Part shown: one piece after another, positions 41,091 to 49,388 of the stretch
How positions within the stretch are numbered: the stretch's first letter is position 1
Layout: each line of letters starts with the position of its first letter
IMG/VR virus record: IMGVR_UViG_3300031873_001030
Reading direction: 5' to 3' (one strand)
Source of the DNA: a virus
Lineage: Duplodnaviria > Heunggongvirae > Uroviricota > Caudoviricetes
DNA length: 64,000 nucleotides
Made by a program: the position numbers and the translations under genes
Notes under the pieces: generated by a model
Seen by the model: only the letters and a program-made list of their open reading frames with translations
Told to the model about the DNA's origin: nothing
Databases searched by the model: none

Positions 41091-41671
41091 CAGATTTGAG
41101 CAGAGTGATAGAAAATAGCGGGGTAGTGTTGAAATATTGCGAGGGGATTAAGAATCCGAAGATAATAGAATTTGGCGGTGGAAACAATAGGTTGGTGCTT
41201 CCATACAAAGTTGATGAATTGGATTACATAAGATTGAAGAAAGGCGATATGATTGCGGATTTGGAAAAGAGACTTCCGATAAAGAGCAATTCTTATGATA
41301 TCATATTCTCATCATCAGTCTTCGAACATGTGTTCAACATCAAGCAGCTTTTCAATGAATGCCATAGGATACTCAGACCAGAAGGGAAATTGATATGTTT
41401 CATTCCGCATTTTGCATCGTTATCGTCTATACACTTTCTGCATCAGAAATTCTTTTCAACAACATCTTTTGGAGTTCTGACCGAAATTGATACTGATTTC
41501 AATTATGAGTTTAGAGGAAAGTTGTGGAAGATAGTTGAGATGAGAATAACTTGTCCGTTGAAATTCTTGGAGCCATTGATAAACTTGAACCAGAGATTTT
41601 ATGAAGGTACGATACTGAAAAATATAGTTCCTCCACGATTCTTGGTTGTTGTGCTGGAAAAGGTTTTATAA
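41087..41671 (+). CDS. class I SAM-dependent methyltransferase
   Basis: IIEFGGGNN, LPIKSNSYDIIFSSSVFEHV, LRPEGKLICFIPH. Confidence 0.7.
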   Translation: MTDLSRVIENSGVVLKYCEGIKNPKIIEFGGGNNRLVLPYKVDELDYIRLKKGDMIADLEKRLPIKSNSYDIIFSSSVFEHVFNIKQLFNECHRILRPEGKLICFIPHFASLSSIHFLHQKFFSTTSFGVLTEIDTDFNYEFRGKLWKIVEMRITCPLKFLEPLINLNQRFYEGTILKNIVPPRFLVVVLEKVL

Positions 41672-41696
41672 ACTTTGATTACCAATTATTATGACA

Positions 41697-41745
41697 GCGT
41701 ATGGTTAGGTCTGGTTGGATGTGATAAGATAAGGTTTGGTAAGAT
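41697..41745 (+). repeat. short GGTNN tract in the intergenic gap
   Basis: gcgtatggttaggtctggttggatgtgataagataaggtttggtaagat. Confidence 0.65.
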
Positions 41746-41763
41746 AATAAAGAGGTAATGTAA

Positions 41764-42054
41764 ATGGGAATACTTGATATGTTTACGCAATCTGACAGAC
41801 TGAAAAATGTTTTGTTGGGAATTATTAATATGTTGCTTCTTTTGGGAATTTTTCTTCTTGGCCATAATTCTGCGATATGGACAAATGAACAAATACAAAC
41901 ATATTGTTCCATAGATTGGTGCAATGCTTATCGCATGAATACAGGAATTTTCAATACTTCTATCATAACTGGTGTGAATGATACTTTTAATATTTCAGAT
42001 TTAGGTCTGAATCCGAAATTGAATTTTACATTGGTGAATGTAAGTGGTAGCTAG
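41764..42054 (+). CDS. small signal-anchored protein with N-x-S/T sequons
   Basis: ORF track. Confidence 0.45.
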   Translation: MGILDMFTQSDRLKNVLLGIINMLLLLGIFLLGHNSAIWTNEQIQTYCSIDWCNAYRMNTGIFNTSIITGVNDTFNISDLGLNPKLNFTLVNVSGS

Positions 42055-42583
42055 AATCTTGAATGTCGGTTGTGGTAATGATACCTATGGAACGGATTTT
42101 ATAGACATGTATCCGATGAGAAAGGAAGTAAGAAGATGCGATATTGAGAATGAGAAGCTTCCATTCAAGGATAATACTTTTGACGAAGTGTATTCTGAAA
42201 ACTTTTTTGAGCATCTGAAAAATCCAAGCAATGTGTTGAAGGAAATGAGAAGAGTGTTGAAGCATGGAGGCAAGCTTGTAGTCATAACAGATAATGCTGG
42301 ATTCTGGGCATTTCATATTGCTGGTGCTACTACTCACTATGGAGGATATGAGAAGAAAAGTTTTGGAAAATTGGACAGGCATTTCGGATTGTTCACCCCT
42401 TGGCATCTGAAAAATCATTTTGAAGATATCGGACTGAAAAATATCATGTATAAATATAGGTTATTGAGAAAGAAAAATCCTTATTGGTATGTGAGAATAA
42501 TTTCAAATGTCATAAGTGTTGTGACTAAGAGAATGGGACAATCGCAGATAAGGATTGAAGGTATTAAACAATTTACCAAATAA
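42044..42583 (+). CDS. class I SAM-dependent methyltransferase
   Basis: ILNVGCGND, LPFKDNTFDEVYSENFFEHL, LKHGGKLVVITDN. Confidence 0.8.
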   Translation: MVARILNVGCGNDTYGTDFIDMYPMRKEVRRCDIENEKLPFKDNTFDEVYSENFFEHLKNPSNVLKEMRRVLKHGGKLVVITDNAGFWAFHIAGATTHYGGYEKKSFGKLDRHFGLFTPWHLKNHFEDIGLKNIMYKYRLLRKKNPYWYVRIISNVISVVTKRMGQSQIRIEGIKQFTK

Positions 42584-43328
42584 TTTGGTACAATTCAATT
42601 GTTCTATTTGGAAAACCAAAAGAATTTGATGTGTTTACTTCTTCATCATTTTGAGGTTCGATGAAAATTCTACCTTTGTCTGTAGTGTTGAATATTATTA
42701 TTGCATGCCCTATTGTGTAATTTTTCCATTCAATATATACTAAGCCAATACTGATGTGTTGTTTAAGAGAATTTAATATGATGTCTCGACTAAAGTCCCA
42801 ACAATTATAAGTTTCATTATATGTGTTTTCATTTGTCTTATCAGTAGCTATGAAATTTTTCATATCATTATATGTTGGGTCTTGAGAATTTTCATAGAAA
42901 AGGTAGTCATTTAAATTCCACGTATTACGATAGAATGTTGTCAAGTTAGTTGTGTTAAAGACTGATATATTTGTTATGTTCAATACTGTCAAATTAGTTG
43001 TGTTAAAGACTGATATATTTGTTATGTTCAATACTGTCAAATTAGTTGTGTTAAAGACTGATATATTTGTTATGTTCAATGTTGTCAATTCTGTTATGTT
43101 CGTTACGTTTAATACTGTGATATTAGTTATGTTAAGAATTTTGATGTTTGATATCGAACTGTTGACTAAATTTATCTTATCGTCTAAAAGAGTTTTTACA
43201 CTGCTTAGTTCATTTTGTGTGGAAGTTAGACTTTTTTGTATTTCAGATGTTTTTTGAATCTGAAAAATTATTGTAATCAAGGTTGCAATAAAAATTGTGG
43301 AAAAGACGAAGATTGTCTTTGAATCCAT
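42573..43328 (-). CDS. membrane-anchored protein: NIT/NTT 16-aa repeats plus a C-terminal Cys-His domain (possible thiol-peptidase/transglutaminase-like core)
   Basis: TM helix near the N-terminus; NITNISVFNTTNLTVL x3; YNCWDF...IGHAIIIF...IEPQNDE. Confidence 0.65.
   Translation of the reverse strand: MDSKTIFVFSTIFIATLITIIFQIQKTSEIQKSLTSTQNELSSVKTLLDDKINLVNSSISNIKILNITNITVLNVTNITELTTLNITNISVFNTTNLTVLNITNISVFNTTNLTVLNITNISVFNTTNLTTFYRNTWNLNDYLFYENSQDPTYNDMKNFIATDKTNENTYNETYNCWDFSRDIILNSLKQHISIGLVYIEWKNYTIGHAIIIFNTTDKGRIFIEPQNDEEVNTSNSFGFPNRTIELYQIIW
42939..43082 (-). repeat. 48-bp tandem repeat x3 (near perfect), with degenerate copies to ~43140, inside CDS 42573..43328
   Basis: Units start at 42939, 42987 and 43035. 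Confidence 0.9.
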
Positions 43329-43482
43329 AATTTATCATAGTGTTCGTTGAACTTAAGACAATCGCAGATTCTGCAACATACAGGTTGAGTCTTGTATATA
43401 CGTAGAATCATGTCCTAAACTATATGATTAAGCTTATATATTTCCAAAGCTTAATTACTAATTGTGACCAAATTACATAAAA

Positions 43483-43508
43483 CTTTTATCCCGAAGACGG
43501 GATTTAAG
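43483..43508. promoter_or_regulatory. CTTTTATCCC-gaagac-GGGATTTAAG hairpin unit upstream of the RHH gene
   Basis: Near reverse complement of the 7711-7730 unit (ATCCCGAAGACG(T)GGGAT). Confidence 0.5.
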
Positions 43509-43538
43509 AGAAATTTGTTGAATCCTATTTCACAGAGG

Positions 43539-43721
43539 ATGAGTTTTGTATTTCCTGTTTCTTTTTACAGATTGTTGGGAGGCATCAGTATGAAGTACAA
43601 TCGTGATATGACATATATCATGATGGAAGCTGTGAATGAATGGACGATGAAGAGGGAAGGAATAAATCTTGCAGAACTTTCAAACAATGGAAGAAAAATA
43701 AAAATAGGAGGTAGATTGTAA
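43539..43721 (+). CDS. ribbon-helix-helix (CopG/MetJ-like) DNA-binding protein
   Basis: FVFPVS (strand), FYRLLGGISMKYN (helix), RDMTYIMMEAVNEW (helix); first gene of the plus-strand surface module; start uncertain (43464/43539/43590). Confidence 0.5.
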   Translation: MSFVFPVSFYRLLGGISMKYNRDMTYIMMEAVNEWTMKREGINLAELSNNGRKIKIGGRL

Positions 43722-43919
43722 ATGGGCGGTGAATCGATAGAAGATAAGATTGCAGGTACGATACCATTAGTCATAACTACTGGAGTTGCTATGAATGTCT
43801 ATGAGAGGACTTTGGGCAGTAGCGGAAAGAAACCGAAGAAAAAGATGGTGAATAAAGTATTTGGTGCGAAGAAAATTTCTTTCGGGAATTCAAAGAAAAA
43901 TGGATTGTATGACTTGTGA
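43722..43919 (+). CDS. hypothetical small protein
   Basis: ORF track. Confidence 0.4.
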   Translation: MGGESIEDKIAGTIPLVITTGVAMNVYERTLGSSGKKPKKKMVNKVFGAKKISFGNSKKNGLYDL

Positions 43920-44162
43920 TGTGAGTTGAAGAAAACATGTCACATGGGGAAAAAAGACAGAGAAGGAAAAAAACTAAGAAGCAAAGGCAAAGAAAAAGGA
44001 TGAAAGAGAGGAGAGACAAAGGGAGGTAATCTATGAATGAGATTGACATCCATGAAATGAATTATTTCATCGACATGGTGTCACCAGCTTATCAAGATGA
44101 GTTGTGAAAAAAATGAGATGCGAAAACAATAGGGGTAATTGCCCAATTTGGAGGGTTTTGTA

Positions 44163-47100
44163 ATGGCAAATAGTATTTTTGGTCAGCCTCAGCCAAATCC
44201 ATTTTCACCAGGCACGACATTGCCGTCATCAAATGTAAGTGTGACGCCAAGTATGCCCATTGGTGGATTGACTGTAGGATTAGGAGGAAGTGGAAATGTT
44301 TATTATGGAGGAGCGCCTGCTGGAGGAGTTGGTCAGACTACAACAACAACTGGAGGTCCTGCGATTTATATTCCTCCACAGGAGACTGCAAAAGCAGCAG
44401 AAAAAACAATAACTCCTGCTTTGATTCCTGAAATAAAACCGCCAACTTTAAAAGTTGGTGTCGGCGGATTGGTAGAAGGTTTGGGAAAATCTGGTAATGT
44501 ATATGAAGGTGGTGTGCTTGTTGGAGGTACTACTCCATGGGGTCCTGTAGTTAAGGAAGGTGGTGTCAGTTATGTCCCAACTGGAAGGACAGCTGAAACT
44601 GGAGAGACAATTTATTCTGGAACTCAGATAAGTTCTGCAACACCTATTGGAACTTTTGTGCCTGCAAAGAGAATTGAAATAACTCCACTGATGCCAGAGA
44701 TTAGTGTACAACCAGCTACAGCTGGTGCTATAGGTCTTTCATTTCCTGCAGGTGTTTTGTCTGTAAAATCTGGTCCAGTTGATGTGAGCAAACTTTCTCC
44801 AGATGTGCAGACTGCGTTGGGAAATCTTCAAGGAAAGGTGCAGGCTGAATATCCAGGATTCAAGCTTGCAAGTTGGACTCGTGAAGGTGATGAGCTGAAA
44901 GGTGTTTTGGAACCTGTGAAGTATGTCTCACTTGGAACTGATGTTACGAAAGCGACTGCTGCCATAAAGGATTTGGGATTGAAAGAAGGTGATTATAAAT
45001 TATATACTGGAATTGGTGGGGATTATCAGCTTGTGACTGATAAGGTGTCAAGCCAGAAATACGTGAGTGGTCTTCTTTCCAGTTATTCAGTTATTCCTAT
45101 AACTGGGTATGGACAGTATAGAGGGTCTGATGAGAGGATTGCATTGAAGTTTCTTGATAAGGAAGGTTATATCAAAGATGGTGTGATAAGCAAAGATGTT
45201 CAAGTGATAGGGGATATAGGAGTAGGAGGAACTGGTGCGATGATAGTTTTAAAGGGAAGTACAAAGAGTTCTGAAGATTTGTCAAAGACTTATTTTTCTT
45301 CCTTGACTGAAGTGCAGAAGGAAGATACTGCGATGGCAAGAGGAGAGTTGCAGATTGCTCAGGAAAAGGAACTTTTGAGACAACCTGGTATGAGTGTTGA
45401 AAAGGGAGCTGCTTGGTGGAATTTGAATGTTGGTCCTTATATGCTTTCTCCAAAGGACCCTCTTGGTCTGAGGAGTGCTTACATAGGAGTTGAAGGTTTG
45501 GTAAAAGGAACTCCTGTCAGTGTCATACAAAAGGACATAGAAGCTAGCAGGCTTTCTGCAGAACAGGAATTTCTTCAGAGAAAATATATGGGAGAGTCTT
45601 GGACTAAATCATTATGGGAAGCTCCTGCAACGCAGCCTTTGAAAGTTGCTGCTACTTGGTATGGCGGTGGTCTTTTGTTGGGAGGTGCTGCTGGAGTTCT
45701 TAAAACTGCTGAAGTAGGTGCTGGTATAGTATCAAAAGCTCCATGGCTTGCAACTACAGGAAGAGTTATTTCAACTGCTGGAAAAGTTGCGACAAGTGTT
45801 CCAGGACAAGTTGTAATTGGTTCAGGATTGTATGGTTTTACTGAAAGAGGAAATATAATGGCACTTGCAAAAGGAGGTGTTCCAAGAGACATTGTTCCTG
45901 GAATGATTTTTGACGCATCACAATTTGGATTTGCATATGGCGGTGCAGCTGCAGGTTTTCCAGTTGGTTATTCTAGAGGTGCTGGATTGGGTTATGCTTT
46001 CAAGCCTGGTGCATTGCCTCCATCTGAAACATTCGTGGCAGAAATCAGAGGGACTGGAGTATCTGGAATTCCAGGTGAATTGCAAGGATTGAAACTTGGG
46101 ACAAGGGTTGCTGGAGAAGTTCCAAAGGGTTTTGTTCCAAAAGGATTTAGTGAAGGTGTTCCTTATAGGGCGTTCTTGCAGGAGGGTGTGACAGTTACAA
46201 GAGCTGGAGAAGTTGTACCTTCTGGGACTTTGATGCCAACTATTGCAGAAATGGAACCTGCAAAACCTTTGATGCAGAGGATTGCCACTGCAATGACAAA
46301 GCCAAGCGAATTGATTCCTAAGATGCTTCCTGGAGGACCTACTGTTGAAGCTCCTTTTCTTGAATCAATCAGATATGGTGAAGAAAAGATAGCGAAAGGA
46401 GGAACTAAGGATATTTATGCTGCAGGTTATCAGCCAGGAACTACAATATGGTCAAGATTGAAGATGCCTGTTGAAGGAGCGCAGTATGGGATTGCTGAAG
46501 GTTTTAAGACTGTTACAGCTGAGAGTCCTCTTGCTTCGTTGACAGAAAAATACACTACAAGGATGGCATTGAGAGCTACTGGCGCTCCTATTGAAGCGGG
46601 AGATGTTGTTCCAGTGAAAATAATGGCAAAGACAGATTTTATTGTAAATGATGAAGGGATAGCTGCGATGTTGAAATCTGGAAAGAATCTTGCAGATATT
46701 GAAAAATTGAAAGGTGCTGATATAATACAGCGTGATATTGAATTTGCAGATAAGCCTGCTGTAAGGTACACTAGATTTATTGATAAGGAAACTGGAAAAT
46801 CTTTGGTTGTGTTGAAGCAGACTGCAGCTCCTACAATAGAGGAAGTTGTTGCTTTGGCAGAGGAAGGAAAGACTTTGATAAAACCTGAATATGTTGGAGG
46901 AAAGGTTGCAGGCTATAGTATAAGAGGTACTGAAATAGTTGGAGAGGGGAAAGAATTTGCAGGAGGAGTGCGTTATAAAAAGGGTGTTGAAGTAGTTGGT
47001 AAGGAACAAGTGACAGGAATAGCTCTTGATGATAAGACATTTAACGCATTGATGGATAAATATGGAAACAAGATATTGAGGGTTTCATCTCCGACAACTG

Positions 47101-48161
47101 CAAGAGATATAGCAGCTCTTGAGGCAAGTGCTGAAGGCGGTGTCACAAGAGGGACAAGCGAGCTTTCTGTCATCAGATACGTCTCAAGGGGACAATTTGA
47201 AGATTATCTGAAATCAAGAACTGGAGTAAGTAGTGTGAAGGGTGGTGAATATCCTCCTACTGAAGCTGGAACTTTTGGAACTGTTTCAATTGAAAGGCCT
47301 GAAGTTCCTAGACTTCCTAAGGTACCAGAAGAAAAAATAGTTCCACCTGAAGCTGGAGTTTCAAAAGGAGGTCTTATGTCTGAAGGCGAGAGAGTGATGT
47401 CAATTGCTCTTTCAGAAGAAGTTGGAAGACCAGCAGTCGGATTGGAAGAACGTCCTTTGAGATTCACTGAAAAGTATTTTGGGATGCAAACTCCATCCTT
47501 TGGAGTGACATCTGTTGAAGGTGCAGGGATAATAAGTTCTGACATAGCCATTGCTACAAAGTCTGCTGTTGGAATGCGTGAACAATTAGTTGCAGCTCCA
47601 GAGATTAGTGTTAGAACTATGTTGAAACCATCTGCAATTATGACTAGTGTAAATATTGAGGATGTGTTGCTTAAGATTTCTGAAAGTATTTTAGGCAAGT
47701 TGCAGCCAAGGATAAGTACTGATATCACTGATGTAGGAATGAGGATTGAACCGATAACTTCTCCTATTGTTACAACTAAGGTTACAACTGCTGTTGATAT
47801 AACACCTATACCTATGAATTTGATAGCTCCTATTACAACTTTTAAAGGACCAATTGTGACTGTCAGACCTCCAATAATACCTCCTGGTGGTGGGGGCGGT
47901 GGTGGAGAAGGTAAAAAACCTGAAAGAGAATATTTTGGATATTTCGGTCGTAAAAAAGCAGGAAAGAGAATTTTAAGTTCTGATTTGTTTTCTGTTGCTG
48001 TGTCTCAGGCTGCGTATGGAAAAGCCACTACTCCAAAGTTTAGTAGGAAAGAAGTTTCTGAACTTGAGAGCAGAGGTTTGATAAGAGTTCCTACAGCTGA
48101 GATATCTGGAATCCCAAGTTCTGGAGAATTATTGAAAAGATTGTTAGGAGGTAGAAAATGA
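44163..48161 (+). CDS. 1332-aa Gly/Val/Ala/Pro/Thr-rich protein of unknown function
   Basis: Uninterrupted ORF; GGAGGG precedes ATG 44163; no TM helix seen; G7 run and basic tail near the C-terminus. Confidence 0.8.
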   Translation: MANSIFGQPQPNPFSPGTTLPSSNVSVTPSMPIGGLTVGLGGSGNVYYGGAPAGGVGQTTTTTGGPAIYIPPQETAKAAEKTITPALIPEIKPPTLKVGVGGLVEGLGKSGNVYEGGVLVGGTTPWGPVVKEGGVSYVPTGRTAETGETIYSGTQISSATPIGTFVPAKRIEITPLMPEISVQPATAGAIGLSFPAGVLSVKSGPVDVSKLSPDVQTALGNLQGKVQAEYPGFKLASWTREGDELKGVLEPVKYVSLGTDVTKATAAIKDLGLKEGDYKLYTGIGGDYQLVTDKVSSQKYVSGLLSSYSVIPITGYGQYRGSDERIALKFLDKEGYIKDGVISKDVQVIGDIGVGGTGAMIVLKGSTKSSEDLSKTYFSSLTEVQKEDTAMARGELQIAQEKELLRQPGMSVEKGAAWWNLNVGPYMLSPKDPLGLRSAYIGVEGLVKGTPVSVIQKDIEASRLSAEQEFLQRKYMGESWTKSLWEAPATQPLKVAATWYGGGLLLGGAAGVLKTAEVGAGIVSKAPWLATTGRVISTAGKVATSVPGQVVIGSGLYGFTERGNIMALAKGGVPRDIVPGMIFDASQFGFAYGGAAAGFPVGYSRGAGLGYAFKPGALPPSETFVAEIRGTGVSGIPGELQGLKLGTRVAGEVPKGFVPKGFSEGVPYRAFLQEGVTVTRAGEVVPSGTLMPTIAEMEPAKPLMQRIATAMTKPSELIPKMLPGGPTVEAPFLESIRYGEEKIAKGGTKDIYAAGYQPGTTIWSRLKMPVEGAQYGIAEGFKTVTAESPLASLTEKYTTRMALRATGAPIEAGDVVPVKIMAKTDFIVNDEGIAAMLKSGKNLADIEKLKGADIIQRDIEFADKPAVRYTRFIDKETGKSLVVLKQTAAPTIEEVVALAEEGKTLIKPEYVGGKVAGYSIRGTEIVGEGKEFAGGVRYKKGVEVVGKEQVTGIALDDKTFNALMDKYGNKILRVSSPTTARDIAALEASAEGGVTRGTSELSVIRYVSRGQFEDYLKSRTGVSSVKGGEYPPTEAGTFGTVSIERPEVPRLPKVPEEKIVPPEAGVSKGGLMSEGERVMSIALSEEVGRPAVGLEERPLRFTEKYFGMQTPSFGVTSVEGAGIISSDIAIATKSAVGMREQLVAAPEISVRTMLKPSAIMTSVNIEDVLLKISESILGKLQPRISTDITDVGMRIEPITSPIVTTKVTTAVDITPIPMNLIAPITTFKGPIVTVRPPIIPPGGGGGGGEGKKPEREYFGYFGRKKAGKRILSSDLFSVAVSQAAYGKATTPKFSRKEVSELESRGLIRVPTAEISGIPSSGELLKRLLGGRK

Positions 48162-48304
48162 AACTTACAAAGGAAAAGATAGCGTATTTCATCAAGGACG
48201 AGAAGAAAGCTGTGAAGGAATATCACAAGTATGGCCTGCACAATCTTGAAAAGGACGAGCGCAAGCATAAGAAATTCCTGCTTAAAAAATTAGGGGGAAA
48301 GTAA
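48158..48304 (+). CDS. 48-aa basic peptide
   Basis: ATGA overlap with the previous stop; abuts ATG 48305. Confidence 0.4.
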   Translation: MKLTKEKIAYFIKDEKKAVKEYHKYGLHNLEKDERKHKKFLLKKLGGK

Positions 48305-48928
48305 ATGCCAGAAGAAAAATGGAGGAAAAGATTAACATTTCAACCTTCTCCTGGAGCTTCTATAATGGATGCTTTTAAGATTGCAGAAGATTTGCCGCAA
48401 CTGACTACAGGAAAATTGCCATTGGGAGAAACAGAAAGAGAAATCAAGTCAAAAGAATGGTATGGGGCGACACGTCCAGAGGAATATGAGGAAAGGGAAC
48501 GGATAAAGAGAGAGGCTATGGTAAGGGAAGGAGTTAGGAGAAATCCGAAGTTGCCTGAACCTGAGATGGTTGGTGGGAAGGAAGGAATTGAAATTTTTAG
48601 TCCTGCTAAATCCTCGCTAACTTATGGTAGTCAGCCTCAAATAAGGGAAGCTGAAGATGTTCTCTCAAGGAAAGAAAAACTTAGAGCTAGGGCGCAAGTA
48701 TTGTCTGAAAAGGTTGAAGCAGAAAGTTTAAGAAGAAGAGAATTTGAAGAATGGAGAAGTTCTCCGAAAGGTGCTCCATTGAGATTTGCAGAGACTGTTG
48801 GTGCAAGATTTCTTAATCCAAGAGAGCTTCGTAGGATTCCCGCAATACCAAAAATGCCATTTGGCGGGTATAAAAAATATGGAAGGGGAATTGAAAGGAG
48901 AAAAGCTAAATTGCTTTTCAGCAGGTAA
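48305..48928 (+). CDS. Arg/Glu/Lys-rich protein
   Basis: ORF track. Confidence 0.55.
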   Translation: MPEEKWRKRLTFQPSPGASIMDAFKIAEDLPQLTTGKLPLGETEREIKSKEWYGATRPEEYEERERIKREAMVREGVRRNPKLPEPEMVGGKEGIEIFSPAKSSLTYGSQPQIREAEDVLSRKEKLRARAQVLSEKVEAESLRRREFEEWRSSPKGAPLRFAETVGARFLNPRELRRIPAIPKMPFGGYKKYGRGIERRKAKLLFSR

Positions 48929-49089
48929 AATAAAAATGGGAGATTCAAGATGAAATTAGTTAAAAGGAATGGTCAGTTCTTGGAGGAATGAACTAAGATG
49001 AATATCACTAGACAATTGTGGTTAGAAAAAAATAGAGATATGATTAGTGATTATAATAAAAATTATTATCTGAAGGAGGAAAAAAAATA

Positions 49090-49320
49090 ATGAGATTAAA
49101 AAAAGTCAAAGGTCAGTTTCTCATAGTTTCCATGATTGCCACATTTATGACAGTGACGGCATTCATCGTAATCTATCCGATATTGAGCAGCCAGATAAAT
49201 TCAGCAGTTGGAGATATGGATGTTTATTCTGCAACTATGCTGAAACTGACTCCGTTCTTCATATTGGTTAGCATAATACTGACGATAGTGTTCGCATCAA
49301 TGCCTATGAGAGAAGGTTGA
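49090..49320 (+). CDS. type IV pilin-like small protein (class III signal peptide)
   Basis: MRLKKVKG/QFLIVSMIATFMTVTAFIV: basic N-terminus, KG-Q junction, then a hydrophobic helix. Confidence 0.55.
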   Translation: MRLKKVKGQFLIVSMIATFMTVTAFIVIYPILSSQINSAVGDMDVYSATMLKLTPFFILVSIILTIVFASMPMREG

Positions 49321-49388
49321 ACACCGATAACGGTGTTGAAGAACTTTTTCAAATTAGGAGGAACTGACATGAAAGTAAAGAGTACAAT

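Noticed and set aside
41679-41924. Minus-strand ORFs 41679..41924 and 41689..41898
   Set aside because: They overlap the short GGTNN tract and the plus-strand ORF 41764..42054. They lie antisense within a strictly plus-strand operon and have no motif.
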